Of a DNA stretch of 64,000 nt, positions 25,401 through 49,285 are shown in pieces. The notes beneath the pieces are model-generated. The model was not told the origin of the DNA. It made no database searches and worked only from the letters and a program-made list of their open reading frames with translations. A program made the position numbers and the translations under genes. The DNA is from Bugula neritina (taxonomy: Eukaryota > Animalia > Bryozoa), in NCBI GenBank assembly GCA_964035545.1, contig OZ037768.1, positions 17,901,700 through 17,965,699 of the forward strand, written 5' to 3'. The stretch's first letter is position 1. The number at the start of each line of letters is the position of its first letter.

Positions 25401-26859
25401 TGACAGTTAGGTGCTAACTATTACATAACATCTATACCACAATCTATAAACCAGCTTATTTGTATTTGTAAACCATAATTATATTAGTCAACATTTCCAT
25501 AGCATACTGAATAGATTTATATTATCCAAACAATCCAAGCAACATAATAATATGAATTTTCAAACTGCTGCAGAAAATATTTATGCTGGCACATAGACAC
25601 AACACCTGAGATTTGACTGTAGAAAGTGTTCCAGTATAGTGAATATGGTAAAACTACAGTAATAAACAAACTAGCTGATATCACTCAGTCTGATCTAAAC
25701 TTTCAATCTAATAAGCTGTTTTTGAATACACTGGTGTTATTTTATTTTCTTCATGAAGGCAGTGTGCATTTTTGGTATAGCTGAAGCCGTCCTTGGAAAA
25801 ACCTTAACAAAATAACATTTGCCCAGAATTTTAAATATTTAAAATGAAATCTAACTAAGTAATTTAGTGTGCAGGACAACCTGGACAATATAAACAGCAA
25901 GCCTATACAAATAACCAACTAATGCAACAGTGAGAATAGCCAAAACACAACTAACACTGATCTAATACTTACAATGAGACTGCCAATGCATGAAACCATT
26001 CTGGAATTTGTGTAGCAGCCACGCATCTATAACAATAGTACTTTCAATTAGTGTTACTAAATGCAAACAACAAATATACAAGATTCAGGATAATCTAGCA
26101 GACTGGAAATGAGTGAATATTAGGTGAGAACTTACCATGTCTAAATCTGAACCGGGAGGGTGAGACTGTGGCATGCCCCGCGTGTCTCTACAAAGATGAT
26201 TGCCAGGTATAATTTACAGGTTTTAATAAACCAACACCAGGTTATAGCAGCAGCATAAGATCAATGCAGAACTATGCTGCTTTTAATATCTGGTAATACA
26301 AGTTACAATCTGCAGATGATAAATTCTATTTAAATTAGTTTAAACTAAGCTTTTCTCCAGATTATTTAGACTTCAGAGCCTCAAGAGCAAATAAAACACT
26401 GTTCGCATTAATGATTTCATAACATTGATAGAGATAACAGAGGCTTTCTCCAATAAGATTGGCAACGTAGAATAAGAAATCATACCAGTTGGAAGCAAAA
26501 GGACAGTTTAGAATATGTATTAAGCTGACTTGGCATTAAAACAAGGAAGTTTAAGTAAGCTAGATGTAATCAGTTTAACAACAAAGATAACCGAGTAAGA
26601 ATCTATAATTCCTTGTAGGAACTTAGAATTTTGACTGGTATAAAGATTATACGCCTATGATGAAGTTTAATTATCCTTTTACAACCCAGACAACTCATTA
26701 CTAAATACTTGTTGAAAATATTATTTTTTGACGCATGTCATTTTCAAAATAAAACATTTACCTGTTTGTATTGCCCTGTGATACCATTCTACTGCCGGCA
26801 GCAGATGGGGGTAGTCTCATGCTGTCTGTGAAGGGCTTTGATGGAGCTGCACTACTCAT
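19426..26859 (-). CDS. ATXN2: Ataxin-2 (LSm, LsmAD, PAM2, Pro/His/Gln-rich tail), multi-exon
   Basis: LSm exons (GCYTNSRMVSCIGSLI / GSIVEVIMLDKTRYSGIFTSYSPD / LEVVIEQAH..IVEVKAVDAD), LsmAD (HEKKFGVKSTYNSDLDEYTTKL..ATQLAAQIE..EEEKFSAVTRP), MDKLRHFKENFKI, PAM2 STLNPEAKEFVFTP (exon 21390-21336), low-complexity C-terminus with stop at 19426-19428. The start ATG at 26859 is inferred. Confidence 0.95.
25040..25233. mobile_element. MITE family A copy (short) in an ATXN2 intron
   Basis: TA-CAGTGCTCCCTCCATATCTCAC ... GTGAGATTTGGAGGGAGAACTG. Confidence 0.8.
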
Positions 26860-27939
26860 TCTTCAAATTATGACACTATTCTAGGTTTGAGCACACCAAG
26901 CCTAAGTTGAAGGGTGTGTCAACTGTTGCACTACATTGGCATGAACAGGCTTCTACAAAAACATGCAACTGGTACAGCCTGCTGTACATTGATGAACACA
27001 AACATATTTATATACAAATTGCAACAAACCTAACTCTTACATTGGTAGAATTTGTCATTTTGTATAATAAGCATACTTCAAAAATTCAACTCCATCTCTC
27101 TCTGCCACATTCAGGGCTTAGAATGACTAATGCTTAATTGTATTTGGCAGAAAGCAGATCTGGTCATATGTAGTAATTTACTTCCAACAAGCCAAGTACA
27201 GGATAAACATTTTTACCATTAATATATGCAATGCAGCAAATTCTCATTGATATTTCAATTTACTAAGTAAAACAAACCAGGTATGGAACTTATTATATTT
27301 TTCAACTATTCATTTTTATTTATCTGTATTCATGCAAAAGTTGAATCTCCAGCTCAAAGGGAAGATTCTCACATAGCAGTATTATTATAAAAGGGACAAC
27401 AAAAAGCCCCTAACTAGTTGCCTTTGGAAAAAGCCTGCCATAGCACAAACTAAAATTATTAATAGAACATGTTTATTACTATATAACTTTACAAAATTAG
27501 TTATTATACATGTTGAGATAAGTAAGAGAACTACGCATTAGAACAGACATCATAATTATTAGACACTAATTGTATCACCAAGTTCAATTATGAATAATTA
27601 TTGACGATGCTTAAAATTATTGCAAATCAGATCCAAAATACTTATTTTTTACTAGCTTAGTTAATTTTTTCAAACATGTTTTGAACCTTTTTTTCAAAAA
27701 CTGAATTGATAATATTAATTGGTTCGCATTTGTGCAGATAATTGTTAATTCCACTTCATCAATAATAATCATTTAATAGAAACATTGCATAGCCATACCT
27801 GATACTATTACGGTAACCCATAATCATAATGATAATAAATATAAATATTGGTATTTAACTATTTTAATTTTATCTTTTAAATCAAATATGTAAACATTAA
27901 CAACAACATAGAGTTGACATCGCGATATTTGTATCTATA

Positions 27940-28710
27940 AATTTATACCAATACTCATAGTCTCATACTCATATTGATACTGATAGTCCTAGTCATTCAC
28001 TTTCAGCTTAACCATGACCACATCGGTGATGACTTAGAATGTCTGAGACATGAGAGTCACAGTGAGACACTCAACAAGTGATAAAAATAATACAAAGTAA
28101 AAATGATTACTAAGTTAATATAATCGGAATGATAATGTATAACTGTAACATCAACGACAACTATAAGTTTAAGTTATGAGATTGAGTATAACGTAGAGTA
28201 AAACTACCAGTACCTATCTACTGAATTTGAATCTGATTACCTACTAATAGTGGTACTCGTCACTCGTAGTCAGTGTACTACTAGTGTACTACCATTGTTA
28301 CTACTAATACTAATAGTAATACTAATAGACTTCACTTATAATTATTACTAAAATTAAACTACTTGATCTTATAACTTACAATAATAATACAACTATAAGT
28401 ATAAGTGAAAGTTATAATAATAAATCTCAAAGTGAATCTTTGAGTTTGAAATTGATGCAAATTTAAACTTTGAGTTTGTTTTTTTTAATTAGATTTAGTT
28501 CAACTCTAAGTCTTAGATTTGGGTATTCATATAAAACATGGTAATAATACAGATAATTATAATAGTAGCATTAGTAATACCTTTAGCTTCAGTTTGAGTG
28601 TTAAAAAGTGAATTAAAACTGAAACTCAAGTCTCAAAGACAGCGTGAACTTCAATTTGAACTAAAGCTCAAAGTCAAACTTGAGTCTGAAGATCAAGATG
28701 AAGATCTTCG
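27940..28710. repeat. Degenerate 6-bp-periodic tract at the start of the putative ATXN2 first intron
   Basis: e.g. aacttc aatttg aactaa agctca aagtca aacttg agtctg aagatc aagatg aagatc; begins immediately after a minus-strand GTAAGC donor at 28715. Confidence 0.7.
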
Positions 28711-28715
28711 CTTAC

Positions 28716-29317
28716 GAATCAAAACTACAATATATTTAACATTAATATATGCTAGCACATTCACACTGAACTAGATGCCTCACTATAACAATGTGTTCTA
28801 CTTTGACGATTCATTCATTCAACTTCGTTCAATTTGAATTTCATTCATTTATTCAGAGCGATGATCAATATCGTAATAGGTTTCCACACTGTTGTATTGC
28901 GTTTAGATACAAAGATGGTCGTTCTAAATATATAAGTCATAAAATAATCTCGAAGAATATATGCTTCTTTCAGCATATTTTTTATGATTATTTAAATTTA
29001 AATAAATTTTGCATTTTAATAAAAAAAATATTTTTTTCAAAATAATAGCTTTTTTGGTTGCTAAAATTGTGCAGCTCACTTTATCATTTTGTTGTTGCGG
29101 AGGTGCATAGAAAATAATGAAAACCTATAGAGTTATCACCCCATTGAATACCAAACCGCGTAAAGAGAAAGGTAGGCGTGTTTTAGTAGAACTTCCTTAT
29201 AGCTTTTAGTTATATACATGTATATATTATAATTATATTTCAGCGCAATCAACCCAACAGCGAATGAGTGAGTAATAATATACCCTTTGCTCAACGGCCC
29301 ACTGCTCAATGGTAACT
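28716..29317. promoter_or_regulatory. Putative bidirectional promoter and first exons of ATXN2 and LITAF
   Basis: Non-periodic core bounded by outward-facing donors (minus GTAAGC at 28715, plus GTAAGT at 29318), each followed by a periodic tract; the genes are head-to-head. Confidence 0.55.
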
Positions 29318-29329
29318 GTAAGTTGTCAA

Positions 29330-29830
29330 TGCTATTGGTTCTAGCAGTGTTGATGAACATACAATCACCATGACTATAACAATGACAAATACTTATACAA
29401 TCACAACGACAAGTTTAATCTTACACTTCATGATTTAATCATAATCGATAATGATAATGACTTATACATTACTCATTACTGATTACTATAACTTATACTT
29501 ATAACTTATAGTTATACTTATAGTTATAGTTAGTGTTACTGTTACTGAGTGTTAGTCTTACACTTACAGTTACTGTTAGACTTGGAGTTAGTGTAAATGT
29601 TAGTGTTACACTTACTCTTACAGTATTACTATTAGTATTAGTATAGCTATGCGGTTATACTTGAAGTTATATTTTATTAAATTTAATCATAATGACTAAG
29701 AGTAATAGTAAGTCTAATAAGATGCTGCGATAGCGACTAGTCATATTCAGTTTTAGCTTGACTTCACTCAAATTGAAATTCGGATTCAACGTCAAAATTT
29801 GCATTCAAGGATCCATGGTCATTGATTTGA
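29330..29830. repeat. Degenerate 6-bp-periodic tract at the start of the putative LITAF first intron
   Basis: e.g. ttagtc ttacac ttacag ttactg ttagac ttggag ttagtg taaatg ttagtg ttacac ttactc ttacag. Confidence 0.75.
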
Positions 29831-30146
29831 TCAATTTGAATTTTGGTTAGGCACAATCAATGAATACCATCTTCATGAAACATTTTGATAATCAACACTC
29901 AACGGTCAATCTCTTAAAATTTTCTTTTCAATTTCTTACATCAATGGTGACATCAATGGTGACATCGCGCTAGACTGCCTAGTGGCATAAGGGGCGCGCC
30001 TCAGTTTTTGGTTATGATTGAGCAGTAGAGTATTATTTTTTAACAGTGTATCAAATCTCATAGGGAGGGCATATTCATATTGCTTCAAAGAGGGTGTATT
30101 AACCCATTTAGTAATTTGTCATAAGCTTTTCTTTGTTTTCGTGCAT

Positions 30147-31085
30147 TATTTCTTTAGATCCTGAATCGTGCGTGGGACAAAACTGTTGTAGAAGGAGTTA
30201 CTAGTTGTGGGGATAGATCTAGGTTCATTTCTGGACTGTGATCTGGTATGAATTGCTCTCTCAGTTTGTTTTATAACTTTGTCATAGGCAGCGCAGAGTA
30301 CGTACGGGATGGGCATCTTCCTTCGCTATAATATTCAGCAGCAGTTTAATTCTGCATTTTTGGCGTCTTTCACCAAGCAGTTCCAGTCGGAGCTCCTCTC
30401 TGGCTTCGGTAACGCCTCTTCTGCCTTTCAGGCCACTAATCATCCTGATTGCCTGGCTTTGCACCATCTCCAGTTGATCTATTTCTTTCTTTGTCTAGGG
30501 ATCCCATGCGCAGGAAGCATACTCCAGATGTGGGAGACACAGAGACTTATATGCTATCAGCCTGGCTCTCGCTGGTGCTCAGTATAGAGCTCTCCTGATC
30601 ATACCAATTTGCTGTCTGGCCTTGCATGTTTTATGTGCTATGTGGTTGTTAAACCTCAAGTTAGATTGCAGAGTCACTCCTAGGTATTTGCAGTGGTCAG
30701 TGTGCTCTAAGGCTATATTGTTCATAGTGTATTGAGAGACTGGTCTGCGGGCTTGAAAGGCAATGACTTTACATTTAGTAACATTAAAGCTCATTTCCCA
30801 TCTGCCAGCCCACCCTGTTAGCAAATCCAGATTTTGCCTGAAATTTCCTTTCATTCTCTGTGTTGTTTACGATTTGGTACATAAGGGTATCATCAGCAAA
30901 CAGCCCAACAGAGCAATCGACTTGGCTAGGAAGGTCATTTATGTACACAAGAAATAGCATGGGGCCTAACACCGATCCCTGTGGAACACCTGATGTCACA
31001 GAAAGAGAGCTAGATTTAGTACCATTGAGAATTACTGATTTTGATCTGTTACATAAAAAGTCATGGATCCAGTCAAGTAGATAAC
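30147..31085 (-). mobile_element. 5'-truncated, decayed non-LTR retrotransposon (CR1/L2/Jockey-group LINE ORF2, RT C-terminal half)
   Basis: TSGVPQGSVLGPMLFLVYINDL, LFADDT, W..RWEMSFNVTKCK, KYLGVTL, AYKSLCLPHLEYASCAWDP, LEMVQSQAIRMI, SFVPRTI. Frameshift near 30845 and an in-frame stop at 30579. Confidence 0.93.
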
Positions 31086-32461
31086 TATCAACTTCATGTT
31101 TATAAATTTTTCATTTTGTGAATTATATAATTATTTAGATTTTTATTTTGATTTCAGCCTAGGGCTTGGGTTGGAAAGCTTACAAGAACAGCTTGATTCA
31201 CCATTTCTGTTTTATGATATATTTTATGTTGATTACAGGCTTTTGAAAATTTGTCTTATTTCTCATTTTCTGCACCTACTTTTTTCGTTTTGTCAAGTCA
31301 AAAAATTTCAAATACTCAAGATCAAGTAAACAAGTACTTGAAGTTAAGTCTATGACTTAAGTTCCAATTCAAATTTAACTCATTACTATTTGTAAAGAAT
31401 TTCTAATACCTGAGGTAAATAAAAGGTTGCCAAAAATCTTTCCATGTAGCAACCTTATTTGCCCAAACATTCAATGTTTACAGCACTAATACATCGTGTT
31501 CCTGCATCAGTGTGCAAAAGTTGTGCAATTAGAAGTGGCCCCATTATATAACATTCACTTATTTAAGTTGCTGCATTTCACCAATCACAAAGCAGCTTGT
31601 TGAGGCAAAACCTCAACTAGCTTAATTCTCCTACACCAGCTGTTCCTGTGAAACCGTGGCATTTAAAACCTGTTCTCAAAACTGAAATTAATGGTGATGG
31701 AACAGACAATAATACAGGAAAAAAAAATTTATTTTGGCAAAATGTGTATTTGGCAAAACTAAAAAAATGTATTGTGGAGCACTTGTTAAATAGTATCACA
31801 GCAAGCCTTGTAAAAATTATAGTGCAGTAGTTTAAAAACCGATAATATAGGCATTCTTAAATGTACAAAAACATGCAATGTTTCAAATGTCACTGGTTTT
31901 TTTCAACAGTAATTATTGGAATGTTTGTAAACTCTTGATTAGATAGCTTTGTGGCTGTAATTTAAAACATTTTTCTGAGATGAACAGTTGATTATTTGTC
32001 ATTTATTTGCTAGATGAACATGCTTCACTAAAGATATTCAGGCTATAATATTTCGGGCACTATTAGTTCTACATAATTTAAACCTGAGTGTGAAGGGTTC
32101 TTGTATATGATTACTTTTACAGTTATGCAAAAATATAGCAATCATCTTTTTCAAAAGGATTATATATACGTATTACATGTTGGATTTTATTCTTTTATAA
32201 GAAAGAAATTACAGCACCTAGTATAAGGACAGGGTACCTTCACATAACATATTCAAACAATCTGATTGTGATCTTAAAATAACCTTCAACTGGTAACATA
32301 AGTAGTTGAAGGTCAATAAATAGTTTTAAATTTAAAATCTAATTAAATGTATGATAGGTAAGATGTTTTCATCAGAACTTCTCGCTTGCTCTATTGAAAT
32401 TGGTTTTGCAAACTGCAGTCACTTATTTTTCTTTACACAGGTTACTCATTAAGCTTCTGTC

Positions 32462-33821
32462 ATGGATAAACAAGAGAATCAGCCACGTAAGTTCTGATAA
32501 AATTTGACTCACTAAATCAAACCTGATTAACTGTAAATTGTATTTATATGCATTGTATTTATATGCATTGCATTCAGGGTATGTTTATAATGTTTATAAG
32601 AATATTTGCGACTGCTATATAATTTATGGAATACTATATTATTTTTAAAGCTCCCCCTCCATATGATATGGCTCAAGGAGTACCACAATACCCACCACAG
32701 TACTCGCAACAATATCCACCACAAGGAGCACCACAATATCCACCACAAGGAGCACCACAATACCCACCACAAGGAGCACCACAATATCCACCACAAGGAG
32801 CACCACAATATCCACCACAAGGAGCTCAACAATACCCGCAGCAGTACCCACAACAATACCCACCGCAAGGTGCTCCATCTATGGCTCATGGGACAACAGA
32901 TAATGGTTCAGTTTTTTTAAATCATTTGATGCTTAGCTCTAATTTAGTGTATGCTGTAGTCAAATTTATAGGTGTGATTTTTTTTGTAAAGTTAGATGAA
33001 CACATTGTTGTCTTGAACTTCTACTATGTTAAACATTTCATAGGGTAACATACCTTTGTCCTGGGTAAAAAATTAAATTTGTAAAGAAATTACAATACTT
33101 GCCACTTGTAGAATAATTTGGCTAGTGCATCAATCATAAGTTTGCCTTTTGTGTTATTTCTTGTTAGTACTTGTACTACTTGTCATTCTTTGAACATCTA
33201 TATTGTTGTAGTGATTATGGCACCTCCAGTTGTCATGGTTAACTCACAAATGCTGGGCACTAACCCTACAGCTATGCAGTGTCCACGCTGTCAAGCCAAT
33301 GTTGTCACACAAGTCCATTATCAGAGTGGTGTGCTTACCTGGCTCATTGCTGGCCTTCTCTTTTTCTTTTTGTAAGTAAAATATGTATCACCACTTGAGC
33401 AATAATCACTGTGGCTCCAAGCTTTGCATTATGGGAATGGATTTTCTATTCAATGTTTGAGAACATTTGCATCTAATGAAACCACAGCCATACGTTGATA
33501 CAAACCATAAAGCCATCCGTACGAGCACCTGTACAGATTCATTCGAAACAATGAGAATGCAGTGAATATGTTAGAAATCTGCTGTCATTTCTCCAAAGAT
33601 GTATATTGGATGCATGTATTTAAATAAGCTGAAATCTTCACTGCTTAAAAAACTTGGTCGTTTATTAAAACGCATAATCGGTCTTTTTTCAATGTTTTTA
33701 TTTTTATTGCAGCTTGTGGCCATTTTGCCTGATTCCTTTCTGCATCAATGATTGCAAGGATGTGGTTCATATATGCCCCAACTGCAAGTCACATATTGGA
33801 CGACGTACTCGTTTGTCATAA
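32462..33821 (+). CDS. LITAF: LITAF/CDIP1-family protein with a PQYPPQGA repeat N-terminus
   Basis: Exons 32462-32486, 32651-32905, 33212-33371, 33713-33821. PPPY motif, CPRC, hydrophobic stretch GVLTWLIAGLLFFFFLWPFCLIPFC, KDVVHICPNC (LITAF zinc-ribbon signature). Confidence 0.93.
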
Positions 33822-34767
33822 CTGAATGCTGTGATGACTATTTTAATCATAACTACTTGGTTGTGTGTTCTCCTTTCATTATATATTTCATTTGGCTAGT
33901 GCTTTTGTCTCATTTTGGTGTCTATACATCCCTGAATGTTTTTGTGCTTATCTGTTGTGCCAGTTTTACGACATCTCCAGGTTTAATACCCACTTTACTT
34001 TTTGGCAACGAGGCCATTATTTTCATTTTATTCCTGCATTTTTATATATTATGTAGTATTTTTATTGACAGTCATTGCTCATTTTTCAATGATAACAATT
34101 GTTATATGTTGTGGACATACATCATATTATAGTTTTGTGTGTATAATATATATGCACATGTTGTGTTACATACAGTATATGTAATAAAATTCTAAAAATA
34201 GTTGGGTTTTATTCAAATTACAATTTTGTAGTTTTAGAGGTGAAAATAACCGCTTTATTGTTACTACATTTATAAAGCATTGAATTTTAACATGCAAATT
34301 TTAAGTAATATACTTTAAGTCAACAAAAATGAGACCTTCAATCTACATGAAAAGGAAAAAAACTGGTAAATTTCATTTCTTATTCTATTCTACATGGTGA
34401 ATATTTCATTGATTTAGTTCTAGAATCTGCGCTGACAAATAATATACAGTATATAGTCGGTATATTCTACAAAGCTAACCAGGAGGTTAATCCAAGCCTT
34501 CACAAGAGTTTGTGGTTCGTGTGTATCTTGCTATAGAGTATAGATGCTTTCAAGCATTATATTATTATAAGTGGTCTAATGTATGCTATGGTGATATATG
34601 TAATACACACCATGTATAACACAACTCCCTTACAGTATTAGGGCTCAGTATTGTCATGTATTGTATGTTCACACTACTCTATTTTTTATACTTGTATCTT
34701 GTTATTTCCATACATACGTATAGTATATTGTGATAGCAACAGTAAATAGACACTTACAGAGGTTAGG

Positions 34768-34780
34768 TATTATATTATAT

Positions 34781-34836
<56 letters not shown>

Positions 34837-34853
34837 TATATAGTATATATATA
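34768..34853. repeat. (TA)n / (TATAT)n microsatellite
   Basis: Directly visible. Confidence 0.95.
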
Positions 34854-36213
34854 GCCTATAGAATATATAATTAATTTAATAAAAGCATGCATACTTTCAC
34901 ATAAGAACTTTTGTTCAAAATTACAATGTGGGCTTTTAGCCTAAAAATTATTGCCTTTACTCTTTGGCTAAACATACATGGAAATCTTACCTTTATGTTA
35001 GGTTTTTGAGCTATGATGGTAAATTATAAGAAGAGCCTTCCAAAGTGAGATTTAGAACAAAGTTCCCTGTCTCTTATGCACTAGAGGTTTCATCCAATGT
35101 GAATTGTGGCTGGAGAGGCTTCTATGAACAATGGTACAATACCAACATGACACATATTAAATATAATAATACTAAAACTATATTATAATACACATGTATG
35201 TATATATTTAAAATATTATATTTACATGCATACTTTGTGTTGTATTAGGCACTTCCCATATATCTGTAAATCCCTAGTATCTCGCAGATTTGAATACAAC
35301 TTCCTTGCTATTCACTGCAGTAACTAAGTTGTAACGAAATTCTGTTAGTAATCAAATTTAAATATAAGATTTTAGACAGTGCTTGCTCTCATGGCAACAC
35401 ATAAAAGTGTAAAAACAGTAGCTTTTCAGATAAAAATTAGCTATGCATTAGGTTTTTGCTTTTATTACCTGTCTAAGCGTGTCTAAGCTAGGCTAGCACC
35501 CAATACAGCTAAACAATTAAAATTCACATGGAGAGAGGTGAAAATATATAACATAATAATATTATTGTTTCTAATTTTTATATACATCATGTACACATGC
35601 AGTACACACCAGCTGGCCAAGCTACATTACTCGATAAATGTGTTCGAACCAGTAAAGTAAACTTTTGTAGCAGAATGCAGCCATTGAGAAGTTGAAAAAA
35701 AACCTTTAGAAGCTGGAAAAAAGTTTGAAAATTGTATTTTGTTATACAAAAAATAAACTGAAGTGAGAGTAGTGGGATAAATGATTGTATTATCTATTTA
35801 TGAAAAAAACATACTGAAAAAATCATTTAAAAAAATAAAAAGGTTCATTTTGGTCTTAAACATGAGTACCTAATAAAAAAATCTCTTAAATTCTTTCATC
35901 ATATCACATTCGATCAATATAATAAGTAATGGGATCTTGTAAAATATTATACAACAAAAATGTGTGTTTAAAATAAGATATTTAACAATTGTGGTAACCA
36001 TTCAAAATCTTATACAATCATATATTTCACAAGATAATATATTTCATTTTATTATATTTACACAGTAATTACATTCAAATACGTTCAAAAAAAATTTAGC
36101 CAGCATGAATACAATATTGGTAATACTGCATACACATGTTGAGAGTGTAATATATACATTTCACATATGTGATTGATTGATTATTGATTCATCATGAACC
36201 ACAGTAACTAGGC

Positions 36214-45735
<9,522 letters not shown>

Positions 45736-46189
45736 AACTCAAAAGCAAAGTAGTAAAAACCTAGTATAACTGTGATTAACATAATAAATTTTTCACAGAT
45801 CTTATTAGTGATTACAATAAATTTCGATGTTATGGTATTAATTAGGATAAAAGATAAGCTAGTTGCAGTGCTCACTACAGATGTCGAAAAAAGGTAGGAT
45901 CAACAATTTAAATTTTGTTTGGTTTTGTGTTCTGCGACATAAAATTATTCGTGTGGCTAACAGGTTCATACAATACACACTGTACTGACTCTTGAAAAGG
46001 AGCTACTGCTATTTACAAAATATCTGGAGTGAAGAGTCAAAGTTAGCAGTAATTAGTATCAGTTCTACTTCTATAGTGCTACAGACATTAAGCCGAACAA
46101 AATGAGTGAAAAATCGTCATCGGCAAGTGAGCCATTGTCCTGAATGTATGCACATGTATGCAAAAAATATATTAAAAGACATGTTTGGG

Positions 46190-47060
46190 CATGCTAGTAT
46201 TATTATTATTATTATTATTATTATAACCATTATTATTAAATTTACTAGTATTAGTATAAATATAACCCTATAAAATTAAATAACAAATATTTCATAGTAA
46301 TATTTTTACTTTCAGTTTATTAGTTTATACTTGATAAAATCAAAACGAATTAAAAAATTATCATATTCATTATAAAATAGTAAGTAGAACATTATGATTA
46401 ACATTACTTTTAGCGTTAGTGTGACTTTTAGTTTTATTTCATTTTTTTTAAACTCGCCAACTGAGTAACGCTAACCATAATTTTCAGTCCAACACTAACA
46501 GCAACTGAAACTGAAAGCAGCATGAACATGAGGTTCAAATTGACCATCGGCATCAGTATCACCATGCAAACTGAAATTTTCTAACGTTCAGAAACTCAAA
46601 CACTAACAGTAACAGTATGAGCATTACTATAAGTATGACAATGATTATGACCATAGTGATGCCATTGCCTAGCCCTATCACCTATGGGCTATGGTTTATC
46701 ACTATGACTATGAGTATCATTATCAACTAACTCTCACTAGCCCTTTGACTTATGAGTATGAGTATGATATTGAGTATGAGACAGCTATGAGTAGTTTGAG
46801 TTTCAGTATTGGTCTGAGTTTGGCATTGAGTTTGACTATGACAAAATGACTACCCCTACGAGTATGAGCATCAGTATGAGTATGACATTGACTCCAAATG
46901 AAAATGACCATCACCATGACCATGGGCATGGATATTGACATTCACACTGTCAACTATCAACAACACCGCTATCGATTTATATCTAGTGATAACTAGTATT
47001 ACAACTGCTAATTGTAATAGTATAGGTATAGTATATTATAACTATAAGTATAACTATTTA
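46190..47060. repeat. Degenerate 6-bp-periodic tract upstream of the ATG exon of STAND paralog 1 (putative first intron)
   Basis: e.g. tgagta tgagta tgatat tgagta ... tgacca tcacca tgacca tgggca tggata ttgaca ttcaca; candidate minus-strand donor GTAAAT at 47061. Confidence 0.75.
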
Positions 47061-48011
47061 CTTTTAGATTGATCGATATTATTTATAAATATAAGGGACG
47101 TTGTAATTGTGATTGTCAGGTATCGTCAATGTGATGGCATTTAAGAAAATAGCTTGAAGCAGTACCAAGGTGGTGGTCATTGAGTCCAGTGGCTCGAGTG
47201 TCTCGAGTTAGAGTTGGTGGTTTTGAGTTCGTACCGATCAACCAAAACAAATTATTGTTCATTGGTTCGGACAGCAGTGTCTATACAAACTCTAGTTTTA
47301 GTCACCCAAACTCGGTGCTGTTTCTAGAGATTTCCTGCATAAAATGATTCTATGAGCAGCTCCGAGTTGGGGGTGACTGAGTACAGTATTTCGGGGTCTC
47401 GAGTTGGGGTATAGCTAATGCACTGAAAAATTAGAACTGGAAAATTTTTAGCTCAGTGAATATAACTGTAAGCTTGAGCCCCCACCCCCAACTAAAATCT
47501 TCATTCACCCCCAACTCGAAGTTGCTTATAATACCATTCCAATCAATAATACAATAGCAATACAATACAAATAGTAATGTCACACTAACCTTGGCATTAG
47601 TGAAGCAACAGTATTTCCTTCTGCATTTACGAGCAATTTTGGATAAGGCAAACAACTTCTAGATGTTTTATGCCATTAGAAATATACCATGTAAAACTAG
47701 GGTTGTATTCCAAATCTACTGTCACCATTATAGCTTATATAAAATTATGTAAGCTCAAGTGCAAAATGCATGCTTCTGAAAATAGTTGCGCAGCTTTTGT
47801 TGCATGCATTATTTTATTTCTCATCCTAAATATGTTAGTCTTGAACTCACTTTCTGAATTAGGTGTTTAAAAAATGCAAATGAAACTTCCATACCTGCAA
47901 AAATACTCTGGTACAGTTTTACCACAGCTCCAGCTGTTATTGCATATAACATATTTAATTGTTTATTTACGTTGTGGACAACAAGTTGATTTTCTGGAAG
48001 TTGAACAGAGG

Positions 48012-48276
<265 letters not shown>

Positions 48277-48991
48277 CATGATGTCAACAATGTGACAAAC
48301 CTTAAATGAAACGTTGTGTCATACGACTAGTTCAACAATCAAAATGACTGAAGGTTCACTCTGTATCTGACTCTTGGTATAGGAAGCTGCTTCTAATTCT
48401 GCTGAATCTTTCTATTTTTTGATATACTTCTTGGATATTATCAACAACATGAATTGTAGAAACTGTTCACTCTCTGGTTATAACACATCACTGACTACTG
48501 GTGTGAATGAGATTGCCTCTCCAACCTAGACTCTTACTGATCGTAAGTTTATTTGTAGTTTTTTATACTTGAAGTAAAAGCCCAAAGCCTAATAACATGT
48601 GTTATCAGCTATGATTAAATTAGCATTTATAATATTTAATTACAGAAGATGAAGCGTGTAGAAGTTAATCATAGACTGAAACATTTTACTCCATTTATAA
48701 CATGTTTAAATATTTAAAAAGTTGCTATAAGTTGGTACACAACGCTATACGTGATGGATGACCTAATGCATTACACATTACAGTAGAACACATACTGTAG
48801 GGAATACAATTCCAAAATATACTTGTTATCTATTTGTATACCTCTTTAGTGTAGCTTTGTGATGCAGTTGATGTAGGTTATAAACATAAGCTATAAATGT
48901 ATTGCCCACATAAATTTTATTGTGTGCATGCAAGCAGCCCGTGTGACAATCTACAAAACATATCTTGAGAAATCCAAATAAAATTATAGAG

Positions 48992-49285
48992 ATGAAAATC
49001 TTCATTAACAAAGTGAAGAGTGTTATTGGCAGAGATAGATTAGATGATGGAGTTTGTGTGTTTGAAAAAGTATTAGACTATTGTAAAACATTGGAAGATT
49101 TCGAAGAGGAAAATGATGATGAAGTTGTCTCCTCAATTGGTGACAAGAAACAACTTTCGAATCTGCTTTCTGCAATGTACTTCAAAGCATCAGAAGGAAA
49201 ATTAGGAATAGTTGTGACAGTGACACTAAAGCTATCTCCTATAAACAAAATCTGTTACTCTAAAGTTGAATTAAACAGAAAGTAA
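48992..49285 (+). CDS. Candidate small orphan ORF (97 aa) or terminal exon between the STAND paralogs
   Basis: ATG just after an acceptor-like ttatag; protein-like composition (MKIFINKVKSVIGRDRLDDGVCVFEKVLDYCKTLEDFEEENDDEVV...); AATAAA near 49613 and 49629. No recognisable family. Confidence 0.3.
   Translation: MKIFINKVKSVIGRDRLDDGVCVFEKVLDYCKTLEDFEEENDDEVVSSIGDKKQLSNLLSAMYFKASEGKLGIVVTVTLKLSPINKICYSKVELNRK

Noticed and set aside
30147-31085. Functional or domesticated reverse transcriptase
   Set aside because: 5'-truncated, with a frameshift and premature stops; an ordinary dead LINE copy.
32527-32920. Trp/Leu-rich, His-rich and Val-rich ORFs
   Set aside because: Alternative frames and antisense readings of the LITAF coding repeat.
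46750-46941. Dipeptide-repeat ORF MSISMPMVMVMV...
   Set aside because: A by-product of the 6-bp periodic tract, not a plausible protein.
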